A DNA stretch of 64,000 nt. Origin: Cirrosporium novae-zelandiae (taxonomy: Eukaryota). The stretch lies in NCBI GenBank assembly GCA_026023565.1, contig JAPETS010000044.1, positions 124,001 through 188,000 of the forward strand, read 5' to 3'. The notes beneath the pieces are model-generated. The model did not search any database, had not been told where the DNA came from, and was given only the letters and a program-made list of their open reading frames with translations. Both the position numbers and the translations under genes were made by a program. Shown one piece after another: positions 27,022 through 38,691 of the stretch; positions within the stretch are counted from its first letter, which is position 1, and every line of letters starts with the position of its first letter.

Positions 27022-30000
27022 CTACGTCGCCCTCTTACTCCTCTTAGTCCTCAACTTCATCAACACATAAACCATCGCATACCCCCCCACCGCAAACCCC
27101 GTGACAATCCCCGCATCTCTCCACCCATACCCATACTCCCCCAAATTAATCGTATACAAATAATCCGCCCCCGTCCGATACTAACACACCCTACACTGCC
27201 CCGTAGCCTTAGGGTTAGTAAGATTCGACCTCGCCCCCAAAGTTTGCATATAAACAGCGAGATAATCCCCACAGGTAAAGTTTTCGGGCGGGTTAAAGAT
27301 TGCGAATTCGGATTCTTTGCAAGCGACGGGGGTGTCGAAGGAGGTGAAGGTTAGGAGGGAACCCATTAGGTAGTTGAAGGGATTTAGGTAGTAGATCCAG
27401 TAGCGCCAGAAGGCTTGGATTTGGGAGTAGGGGACCAGGACGCCGCAGAAGGAGATTAGGGTTCCGATGACGACGGGGTTTGCGAGGGCTGCGAAGACCG
27501 CGTTGGGCGCGTAGGCGGCTATGGATTGGCCGATGGATGTGTAGACGAATTCGTAGAGGAGCATTACGAATAGGGAGGCGCCGACTTTGGCGGTTGGGGT
27601 TGGGAACCCCACCGTGTAGTACCAACATGCGAAGTAGAGCACGGCGCAGATGCAGAGGTAGGGGAATTCGGAGACGATGAGACCCGTGACAAAGGCTTTC
27701 CAGGAATACATTTTCGATTTCTTCTCCCGGGTTTCGTAGATGTCGCGGCGTTCGATGAATAAAGGTTGGAGCTGGGCGATCACCCCGGGCGCGACGAATA
27801 TGAACATGAAGATGGCGAAGAGGCGTTGCTGGAGGTCGGCGACCGAGTTTCCGATCTTCCAGAAGGTGAAGCCGTTGAATAGGGCGGTTACTATGTGCAG
27901 CAAGATTTTGTTGTTTATGTAGCCCGTGTTGCGGAAGAGGGCGATGTTCATACGGCGAGTGACTAGTTTTGTTTGTTCCCATAGTGGCATGGCGAATTCG
28001 AGGCTGTCGTTTTGCGTCTGGCTTTCTCTGGAGGCGGCTTCTTGGTTAATGCGGTCTAATTCTTCCATCATGGCTTTGTACTCTGGTGACTCGAGCCAGA
28101 TTTGGTTCCAGTCTTTGTCTTGGGATAGTGGGCCCGATACCACGTCTATCATGTGCTCCGCCGGATTGGTATCTTTGGGACAAGGTGCATCATATCTGGC
28201 AAAATAGTCCTTCAGCGTTGCTGCATTATCCCCTATTTCACCATAGTATACAGTTTTTCCCCCATATGCCAGTAGCAATAGAGTATCAAACTGAGTAAAC
28301 AATTGAGCACTAGGCTGGTGGATGGTTACCAAAACTGCTTGACCGACATCCGCAAGCTTTCTCAAGAAGCGAACGATGTTGAAAGCTGCCTGGCCGTCAA
28401 GACCAGATGTTGGTTCGTCGAGGAAAATCAAGATACTTGGTTTGGAGACAAGTTCCACGCCGATCGTCAATCTCTTTCGTTGCTCTACGGATAGACCAAC
28501 CCCAGACTGTCCAATTAATGTATTTTCGATATCGTGCATTTCCAATAGGTCGATGATGGTATCGACATATTTGAGCTTTTCTTCCCGGGGGATGCTTCTG
28601 GACTGTCGAAGGAGGGCGGAGAATTCCAAGGCTTCTCTGACTGTTGCTAGTGGCTCATGAACATCAAGCTGCTCACAATACCCAGTCGATCGTTGAAAGC
28701 TGACCGAAAGCTCTCGCCCATCCACCAAAATTGTGCCATGAATTGTGCCTTCGGTCTTGCGTTGAGCAAGGACATCTAGCAATGTGGTCTTTCCAGCTCC
28801 AGATGATCCCATGAGAGCCCCTAACTGTCCGGGCTTGACCCATCCGTGTACATTGTCCAGAAGTTTTCGATCACCTTGTGAGGTCTTGACGATATATGAA
28901 AGGTTCTTCCACGTGAATACAGAGATATTCTGAACCAGGTCCTTATCGGCACTATCCGTGTTTTCTGGACACGAGCTGTTTGATTCATAGATTTGTTTCT
29001 CCGGATAGCCTTGGGATTCTTCATCTTGAGCCAAACCGTGTTTGTTCTTCACTTTCTCTTGTGGAATGAGCAGATATCCCGTTTTCCCGGCCGTCTCCTT
29101 CCAGGAGTTAGTGGCAATAATGGTGATCACCACAAACAGCACCCAGAAAGCCCTAACGTTGTTAGTTAAAATATATTACCATAACACAGAGCATAGAGCG
29201 CTTAGCTGTGCATTATCATAGGTAAAAGGAATACATACCATAGAATCCCAAGGTTCCGCCAAATATGGGAATGAGAGTATGATAGGTACGCTAGATAGTT
29301 GTCTCCTATAAGACTAGTTGCTCCTGGGAGAGCTACTGGGGTACCAGCACAGGCTTGATAAGCAGCATTCGTATATGTTGGACCATTCGGAACAAGATTC
29401 ACTCCCACACAAGGTATAATCCGGTCATGAAGCTCGTTGGCAAGGATTGCTTCGAATCCATATGCAAGAGGATCAATCCAGAATATCCAGACCTAAATTA
29501 TTAAGTGAGCTAATGATCCTAAAAAACAAAGATGCTCTTTGAGACATACAAACCAGGGATGCATTTCCGGCTTCGAAATTATGTATCCAGTATATGAGGC
29601 AAGAGTCACGATTGCCAGCCCAGAAACCTTACTAGCAGCATCAAAGGTCCTGAAAGCTGCACCGATAGCTCTGAATAAAGCAGTCATACACATGGTCGTG
29701 GCGAAGACAAGGATCCAAAATGTAAAAAATGCACTGGCAGTCTGTTTAAGACCGGCCATGAAGTAGAGCACAAGCGAGAAATGCGAGATTTGTACTAGAA
29801 GTACGGGAATGTCTGCTGCGATTTGGGCAATGCAGAACGCCGCTGGATGATATAGGGCAAAAGACTTGTGTTTGGCAAGGACTGGACGACCAGAGAAGGA
29901 ATCGGTTACTTCGGACATGGCGAGAAGACTGTTGAAGATGAGAGCCAAAAAGAGTGCTCCGGCTTTCAGGAACAGACCTAAAGAGGTTTCAGGAGCGTTG

Positions 30001-31469
30001 TAAAATAAAGACCCGGAAATCAAAGCCTGAGCGAGCGTCGAGAACTGCTTAATAAGGAATGTCGATTTGTCACCCCACAGGATTTGGTATTGTCGAATAA
30101 CACATGTTTTGACTTGTGTTGCAAATTTGACGGTTAACGGCGAGGTCTTGGGTAGGCTCTTATGTTTTTCAGATTGAACTCGCTCGCGAAAATTGTCCGT
30201 TCGTATCTTTGCCACGTCTGTGGTTGGGTAGTCATATTCTACCTCCATCGCAGTTCTGATACTTGACTGTTGATATCGTTCACGAATATCGTCTGCGGTC
30301 TTCGGAAACTTGTCCTCAAAGCCCTCCCTGATTACTCGCTCAGTGGGAACTGTCACACCTGTCAGAAAATCCGCAACATTTGCTCCGTCTCGGCAGACAA
30401 AGCCAAGCTCTTCCATAAATGGCCGTGCTTCTTTCAGAGGCCCATAATAGATCTCCTTGCCTTCGTCGAGGAGTAGGACCTTATCAAAGAGATTATAAAT
30501 GCCATTTCCGGCTTGATACAAGGTCACGATAGAAGTAAGCCCAAGAATATCTGTCAGTGCTCGAATCGCCTTTGTGTATTCCAGTGCTGTGCTTGCATCT
30601 AGACCTCTGGTGCTATTATCCCAGCAAAACACGCTAGCCCTTGTAGCCAGAGTTTCAATAATGCTGACCCGTTTTCGTTCGCCGCCGGAAACGCCACGCA
30701 CAAACTCGTTGCCAACTTTTGTACCGGAAGTATGAAAAATACTCATGGATTCTAACAGGAAATTTCGCATCTCACTTTGATAATGGGCTCGGCTCTGTAC
30801 AATAGGCGGAAGATTGAACGGTACTTTCATCCGAGTTGCGAAGTCCATTGTCTGGCCAACTGTAAGGGTAGGGAAGAAAAGTTCCTCCTCGGTATTCATC
30901 ACGATCTGTCCACGGTAATTTTTGGCCGCTTTATGGTCCAGAGAACCAAACATGATATCACCTTTGACTTCAGCATAACCATTTCTTCTATTCGCAAGCA
31001 TCTTCAATAGAGTCGTACATCCAGCCCCTGGGCGACCAAGAACTAGGAGCATTTCTCCGGGTTTCACGCATCCATGACTATTCTCAAGGATCGTCCTGAG
31101 AGATGTAGCATGTCTAGCGTCTGTGATGATACGTGGTATATTAAATTGTGACACAAAATTCTCGTTGATGGCCGCATCAGCACCAATTCCCTTGACAGTC
31201 AAGTTCTTCCAGGTAACACCAAGTTTTCGAGTCTTGACATGGTCCTTCTCGTCTTGTTCCCGATAAGCCTTGACGTCCGGCATTAGCTTCCAATCGGCCG
31301 CCTTGCTAATAGGCGTTTCCTGTTCCTCATATTCATCATATCGAGTGCGACTCCGAATAGGGGCAATGAAATCAGAGAGGGCCCGAGAGGCATGAGACAG
31401 CGTCCGCACAATGCTGGAGCTGCGATGGTGGCTGATGGGGGCAAAGCCTTCAGACTCGTTGTTTGCCAT
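27022..31469 (-). CDS. PDR-type full-size ABCG transporter (NBD-TMD)2 with a premature stop at 27181-27183
   Basis: [63 protein letters not shown]; 2 introns; the C-terminal frame continues past TAG (C*YRTGADYL...GWRDAGI...LMKLRTK) to a stop at 27022. Confidence 0.92.
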
Positions 31470-33176
31470 AGGCGGCGACAAAGTGTGTTGTTGGATCGAA
31501 AGGGAGGGACAGACTCAAAGCATAGAAAAGAACAAACATAGAATTTTGAAGAATACAAAGATGATAACAGCTGGGTGAAGAAAGTCCTGGTAGAACAGTA
31601 GATAAATTCACCCTTGTCAGTTCGCTTCGCCTCTTTTCATTGACTGGATTTAAGATGTCGGAACACCTCCGAAGCCAGCGGGTTCAACCCGACGACCACA
31701 TCCTTGAACCACAGCCCCAGGTTTCTGCCTCATTTGCACTTTTCACTAATGCGTGGCTCAGTGGTTGTCTCGGAGCGTGGTGTGACAATAATACTAGGAA
31801 ATTTCTGTGGAGAAAAATGCGGCGGTCACACTAAGTTCATTCTTATGTATGAGCGGTTCAGATACAAGGTCGATAACAGCACTTTCAAGACAGAAAGAAT
31901 ATGCAAAACCTAATAGTCGTCCGTCTGAGGGCATACCGAATAAAGACAGTCACCGCCAGAAAGAATAGCTGCAATACTTGACACTCTAGTCACGTTACCA
32001 TGCGGTCTGAAATTTCCAAACTGCCTCATCAAAGTACGCTAAACCCTCTGCCAGTTTAACCAACACACATATAAATTTCAAAGAACAAGGTAAAAGAACT
32101 AATAGAATCGAGCAGGTCGCAATAGCAAAGAAAATGTCAGATTCGGATCATGAGCCAAACGAAAAACACGCAGATGCGTGCGGCCGGTGGGCACAAGGCG
32201 GCTAGAGTGGTATCCTGACAGGTTCACTACTGCCCTTGCCCTTCCATCGACTAACCAATTCATCCAGGTAATGTACAAGTCGTTGTACATTGTCTAGGGA
32301 ATGCTACAGACGTCGAACACGAACCCTTCGGTGACAGTGGTATAAATGTTTGGGGTGAACTCAGTAAGCATTTACGCATGATGCTTCTGCTCCTGTTGCT
32401 CTTACTTCTCAGTCTTGCTGTCAAACTTCTAGATGCGACAGATTTCCCGATAGTTTTAGAGTTGACGATCCGTTGATAACGAAATACACTCCTCCCGTCT
32501 TGGCCTTTAATCTTTTCTGCAAATTACTACGAACATGGTCAACAGCACTTTCAATATATATTATTTCGTGATAATAATACGTGTCATATTGGCTACTCCG
32601 AGTTCTGTTGCTTTTTTTAACAAGAGTCCCTTGTCAGGCCGTTTTGTAAGGGCGACACCTCCGTTATAGGTAATGTGGTAGGAATAACAACACCACCAAA
32701 AAATAAATGAAATATCTTGGTATTCTATAATAATACTTTAAAGGTAACTCCTATAATCATAAAAGAGCGAAGGCGCGTCGCGTTAGTTAATCACATGGGA
32801 GTAATATACGCGTACTCGAGTAGCCAAGGCTAAAATACCCCGGCTGTGTTTTCTTGTAAGGATATATTGATTTTCTAGCATATTCTGTGCTAAAACTATT
32901 TAGGTACATAATATAGAATAGCATATTTTTCATAGGTTTAAATCTATATCGTTACGCAAAATAACAAGGCCAAGGCTGATATTAAGAAATGTAGCTATTC
33001 CGTGATACGCCTAGACCATGAGTGAGGCGCAGGATCTTCCTCGCAAGGCTGCGACACCGATAATACGAAATCCGACCTACAACATATATATCAACAGGAT
33101 ATTTTGTTTCACACAAATCTTTCTAGGAAATTCAACCCGTGAATTATTCATACTTATCTTTTCAAACTTCACTGTG

Positions 33177-33775
33177 ATGGAGTCTTTATTATTGGCGGCT
33201 AGTATTACCGGATTGATATCGCTGGTTGATCTTATTGCGACAAAAACATCTAAGTATATGAAAGATGTGAAGCACTGTGAGAAGGAGGTGCGACAATTGT
33301 TTGTGGAAATTACTCTCTTCAACGGGGTACTTGGAGGGCTTGGGAGAATTATCTAAGAAAATGGAGGAACTGAGGGCTTCAATCTTGGTAATGAATTTCC
33401 CAATATTTTAAAATAACCAAGATTGATCATGAAAGTTTCTGACTTACCAGGTGTACAAATAAGGGTCTATGTCGACGAGTGCTCTAAGACCGTGGAAGAG
33501 ATAAAAGACATCTTGGAAAAATTCGAGCAAAAGTCAGGGCGAGAATCCAGACAACCAAGTGTATCTTCAGGAGCAGTGCCTTCCCAGGAAAACAATCAGC
33601 CTAATGACGGAACTCCTAAACGACCCAAAAATAACATACTTGCCCATTTGTCAACTACACATTTGAAATGGCCTCTCCAAAAGTCAGAGACACTAGAGTT
33701 AATCAATCGACTTGAACGTCTCAAAAATACTTGTACATTGGCCCTTTTGACTGATACAATGTACGATTTCACCTT
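33177..33775 (+). pseudogene. Relic of the N-terminal helical domain (HeLo-like/SesA-type) of a fungal STAND/NACHT protein
   Basis: MESLLLAASITGLISLVD...VKHCEKEVRQLFVEI...LKWPLQKSETLELINRLERLKNTCTLAL; in-frame TAA at 33354; no NACHT domain follows. Confidence 0.7.
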
Positions 33776-33794
33776 GCAGTAGCTAACTCCGCTG

Positions 33795-34019
33795 AGTGTT
33801 GTGACCAGGAATGCGAATGTTAAGGATTGGGCGGATCAGATTAGCGCTGCAGGGATTCCGTGGATGTATTGGCAGGTTATTCCTAATGATGATCCGCATG
33901 ATGGTTGGGATTATGAGGTTGGGATTACGGAGCATAGTTACTGGCCCACGATGAAGAGTGTGATGAAGGGTACCAGCGGGTATACCGGCGCGTTTGATTA
34001 TTCCGCATATCTGCTGTAA
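33795..34019 (+). pseudogene. 3' fragment of a glycoside hydrolase (GH5-like)
   Basis: WADQISAAGIPWMYWQVIPNDDPHDGWDYEVG resembles the C-terminus of fungal GH5 mannanase-like enzymes; no 5' part is present. Confidence 0.55.
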
Positions 34020-35446
34020 CATTTCAGAGAAATTATGAGATGGAGGACTCCCTCTCGTGGAACTTGTGGGGGGGGCAAGCAAACATAGTCACGAAAATAT
34101 AAAAAAATAAAATGATTTTCGTTATTCCATATTGTTATCCCCCCCCCTCTAGCTCCTAAAATCTAAAAGGAAAAGCATATTATAAAATAAATATATATGC
34201 TCCACTTAAGTGCTTATAATTTAAATTCATGCATAATTAAGTAAATAAAACAAAAGAGGGGTTTCCATACATTCAATATCAAAACTCAAAACTCAAGCCC
34301 CCCTTAACTTTAACTCTCCCTAAGGCCCGAGGGCCCGAAGGGGGCCGAACCCTAAGATGTCTAGAGTAAACGCCTTGAGCTAGATTCAGTTTCGTATTTT
34401 ATATAGATATGAAAAGATCATTCAGACTATTGTAGATACTTTAAGTTGGTTTGTGGGGAGGTTCAAGGCTGGATGGATATTGTGTAGAAGGTATCGGATG
34501 CATGCGCATTAAATACCAAGAGCGCCTTGCTAGTGATTGGCAACAGTCACACTCACGCTGGTATATCAGTGCTTCGTTTTGAAGGTTGGTTACCACATTG
34601 ACTGGGTTGATTGGGTTGGTTAGTGTATGTATATATTAAAATAAAGTCTTTGCCAATCATTAATTATCAATCACCTATATTATTTAACTAAACCTTAATA
34701 ATATTCTTAGAACAAAATTAGCGCCGGCCGGCTCGGTTGATGATAAACGATAACTTTATTTACACCTCCTCTTCCTTTTTCCTGTTCTTTCGTTGTTTTT
34801 TTATTATACACCTCCATACCTATAAGTTATATATTAATTTGATCCCTAAACAATTTATAGAGTTGAGTAAGGCAGGTACGGCTTTTTTTAAGAGGGTTAG
34901 ATGTTGCATTCGTGGGGTGGTGGGGTTAGCTACTACTGTGTGGCTAAGATTGTAAAATTCACTAAGCAGTTTTTCAAGTCCGTGGACTTTGCTTTCATCC
35001 AGATGGAAAAACTCTGATATTAGACTCGGACTTATCTACGCTCTCTCTTGCATTAATTCAACTGGATGACAAAAGCTTTCGGGAAGTATTTATACTTTTC
35101 ACTATCTTCCGTGGATGGATGCACGATCTGCCATCGTTGAAACTATGTTCTGTTCCTCTCGTAATATATGATACTTTTATGCACCTTTCTTTTTAAGTTC
35201 CTGAGCGCTGAGTGGAGGAGCGTTAGTGCTATAATGGAGGATTGTTACCTATTTCTTTCATACTAGATAGCTTGATCACGGGTCCCCCTAAGATTTAGTG
35301 CTTGGCCCTTCGACCATGTCAGCTTTACTTTACCCCAACGTCCATGCTCTATCCTAAAACTCCCTTCCCCATGTTCACTACTTAGACTTAACTTGTGTTA
35401 CCGTTTCACACCCTCTTCAACATAAATATTCCTTCTGTGCAACACA

Positions 35447-36939
35447 ATGGGATCCGTTTCTACCCCGTTGATTGATTTAGCCGAGCAGATATCCGCTTCT
35501 GCGAGGACCATAAGCGATTTTCTGTCTTCCAAGGGACTACCCCAACCTTCATTTGATAAAGATGCCCCTGCATATTTCCCCTCAACGGCAGAGGTGGAGG
35601 TTTTGGAAGCTCGCCGCATCCTACGGGAAACCTCTAAGAAGATGTTTGATCTGATAACTGGTCCGGCTGAGTCGTTGATCTGGTTATGGTTTGCTGTTGT
35701 TTTCCCCCTCGTCTCTTACATTCAAGCTCCTGCTCCTGCATGGTTGCTAACTGTCTTATGCCATCAGGAGAATGACAATGCCGCACTCCTATACATCAGT
35801 CATTTCAAGATAGCCGAAGCGGTCCCACTCGACGACGAAGTAACATATACTGATGTGGCTGCAAAGTCTGGGCGGGATGAAGCGCAACTTCGGCACATAC
35901 TCCAACACGCTATGACCCTAAATATCTTTTGCGAGCCAAAACCTGGATTCGTTGCACATACGGCACAATCCAAACTTCTCCTAGACAAAAGCTTTGCGGG
36001 AGGGCAAGCTCATTTGAGCGAAATAGGTCTTCCTTCTGCAGCGAAATTAGTCGAATCGACTGAGAAATGGGGAGCCTCGCAAGAAAAAACAGAAACGGCA
36101 TTCAATGTTGCATTTAACACCGAACTACCCCTATTCGGATATATGGCAAAGTCCCCCGAGCGCTCAGAGAAGTTTTCTAGTTTGATGAGGACTTTGGTTA
36201 GTAGTGAGGGTTATAATGCCCAGCATGCAGTCGACGGGTTCGATTGGAAGCGCCTTGGCGCTGCGACGGTCGTAGATGTGCGTTTCCTGATAGCCTATAA
36301 ACCCTCGTTACCCGACTAAAACTTATGCATATTACAGGTGGGCGGCTCAACGGGTGACTTCAGCATTCAAATCGCCAATGCGGCCCCCTCCTTAACGTTC
36401 GTAATCGAGGATCTACCCGCCGTAGTTGCTCAAGGGGAATCCCTCCTACCATCATCGTTAAAAAACCGAATCTCTTTCAAAGCTCACGACTTTTTTACCC
36501 CACAACCCATCCACGGAGCAGACGTCTACTTCCTCCGCTCCATTCTCCATATGCACTCGGACAAATATGCGCTCTTGATTCTTGAGAATATCATTCCTGC
36601 ATTGAAGAGTGGTGCAAGCCTCATCGTTCAAGATATCGTACTGCCGTCTCCGGGGACAGTTTCGCCTGTCGAGGCGAGGATGTTGCAGTAAGTGGGGATT
36701 TCCTCTTTCTGTAAAAGACATAGTCAGCAATATTCTAACACAGCCAATCACGTTCCATTAGTCTCCTCGACATGCAAATGATGATATACTATAATGCACA
36801 CGAGCGTTCTCTAAACGAATGGATCAAGTTGTTTCAGGCAGCAGATACCAGGTTCAAGCTACGTCATTTTGTGAACCCGCCTATGAGCGTGTTGGGGGTT
36901 ATGGAGTTCGTGTTTGAGGATGGAGAAAGGACTGGGTGA
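35447..36939 (+). CDS. SAM-dependent O-methyltransferase (class II, fungal secondary-metabolite type)
   Basis: FKIAEAVPLD, IFCEPKPGFVAHTAQS, VVDVGGSTG, IEDLP, HDFFTPQP, ADVYFLRSILH, LDMQMM...NAHERS; 3 introns. Confidence 0.92.
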
Positions 36940-37144
36940 CAGTGTTATGATTAGACTAGACCAAATAGACGGTCTGGTTTAGACTAGACTGCCTATAAAT
37001 CTTAAACTGATTAGACCAAATTTTTCTCGCATTTCGCGCCGGTCATGTAATGAGTAGACGGTCTATGGACCAAATATCCCAAAAAGGGGTGGTTGGTCTA
37101 GTGGACCAGACCGAGGAGGTTGATGAAGTCTATTCCTAACGCTC
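36940..37144. mobile_element. AGACC-repeat hAT-like non-autonomous element
   Basis: Begins cagtgttatgattagactagaccaaatagacggtctg (core shared with the 10784 and 44544 copies) and ends gtctattcctaacgctc; no clean TSD. Confidence 0.6.
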
Positions 37145-37205
37145 AATCTGCTTTGCCAACTAATCCGGGTTTTCATGGATAATGTTGGGTGGTATTACCT
37201 AAGCC

Positions 37206-38691
37206 CTAGAAAGCTATATAGTCAGTCTTTTCTCTGACAGAATGATAGGCGGCATGGTGCATTAAAGCTGAAATGATTATTCATAATCAGTTCCGCGCAA
37301 ATGGATCATTACCTTTATATCTATATACAGAAACGGGCTTTCACAATTTTTTTAGCATCTCTTTCAAAGTTATGGAGGTTGGTCAGAGCGGATTGGTGTC
37401 CCCTATCTCTCGTAGCATTAAACTTAATAATCGTTGAATGATCAGCAGAAATTGGGATTTTGGTTTCTAAGTAACTCAGAAGCTGCAAGAGGGCACTGTC
37501 TTTTTCAACTGCTGTAATAGGTGGTCCTGTAAGTTTCCAGATACCATTTCCATTCTAAATAGATATTATTAATGATTGTCGTCTTAGAGTAAAAATATGC
37601 AGGCCTACCTCTTGTAGCTGTGGGGTCTGTAGCTCCTCATAGAAAGATATGACTTTTCTCCCATAAAGCGAATCTTTAAAGTCATTGTCTATAGTTTCCA
37701 GCATATCTGAATCACATTTTATCTGGGCTAATAATGCTTTTCGGGAATGACCTCTTTTACCAAGCATTCTTGTCATATCATCCACTACGAGGCCTTTATG
37801 TGGCACCGCAAAGAACAGGAACCCACATGTTCCATTATATAAAAAAGCTTGGGCCGAATTATCTTTTTCGATCCTCCGGAAAGCTTTCACGAAGGACTAT
37901 CTCCACAGTCAGATCTCGTTTTAACGTTTGGGAGGCGTTTAACGTACACGTGCTACTATTAACCCACCATAGCTGTGGGCAATGAAAAACAGTGGTCTTT
38001 TCCTAGTCTATAAGTGGTGTTGTCAGCGTAGATCCTAGACGTATAAATCAGACGTTAATAACCTACTTCTTCAGTTCCCCGAATGCCCTCGATACATTTT
38101 AAGAATCCTCGGGAATAGTTATCGATTTTTCCAATATTATGAGCTCGCAGCTTGGCATCATAGCCATATATCATCATGCGGCATGTAGGTAAATCATCTG
38201 CTAAAAAATGGCGAAGCCACATAAAGCCTAAGCTTTCTTTGCCTCTCCAGGATCCATAAGCATGGCCGCCTAGCCCGGTGATGGCGATGATACTATAATA
38301 CTTCACGTCAGTCCTATACAGTTGATACCAGCTTTCAACAAACTTACTCGGCAGTCACTGTATTCGCCATTGGGGTCTGATACAATTGTGTAAACCCATC
38401 AAAATGAGAGTCGAAGGATACCGCATTCTTAGTATCTTTTACCTTAACTTGACACTCCTCTCGAGAGGAAGGTAGGTATAGCATTTTCGAAATCAATCAA
38501 GGCAACACATGTCTCTCCTTTTTGGTCGTCGCATGAAGGCACAATAATACCTATTTCGTATTTGATGAGGCTCTTTTCTTTCTCCGAGGATGCTCATCTA
38601 AAATGAGTCGTAATATCTCGGGGGCCTTCGTAAAATCGCTTGTGGGTACTCCAGTAGCACGGTACACGTATAATCTACTAAAAGCAGACAT
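37206..38691 (-). pseudogene. SesB/SERAC1-like alpha/beta-hydrolase (NLR-associated lipase-like domain), frameshifted at the 5' end
   Basis: FDSHFDGFTQLY, IIAITGLGGHAYGSW, MWLRHFL, IYGYDAKL, PLFFIAHSYGG (nucleophile elbow), FFAVPHKG, SFYEE, ADHSTIIKF; exon 1 needs two frame changes. Confidence 0.75.

Noticed and set aside
27293..27982. 229-aa alternative-frame ORF inside the ABC transporter, and other overlapping or antisense ORFs
   Set aside because: By-product of locally skewed codon usage in the real gene
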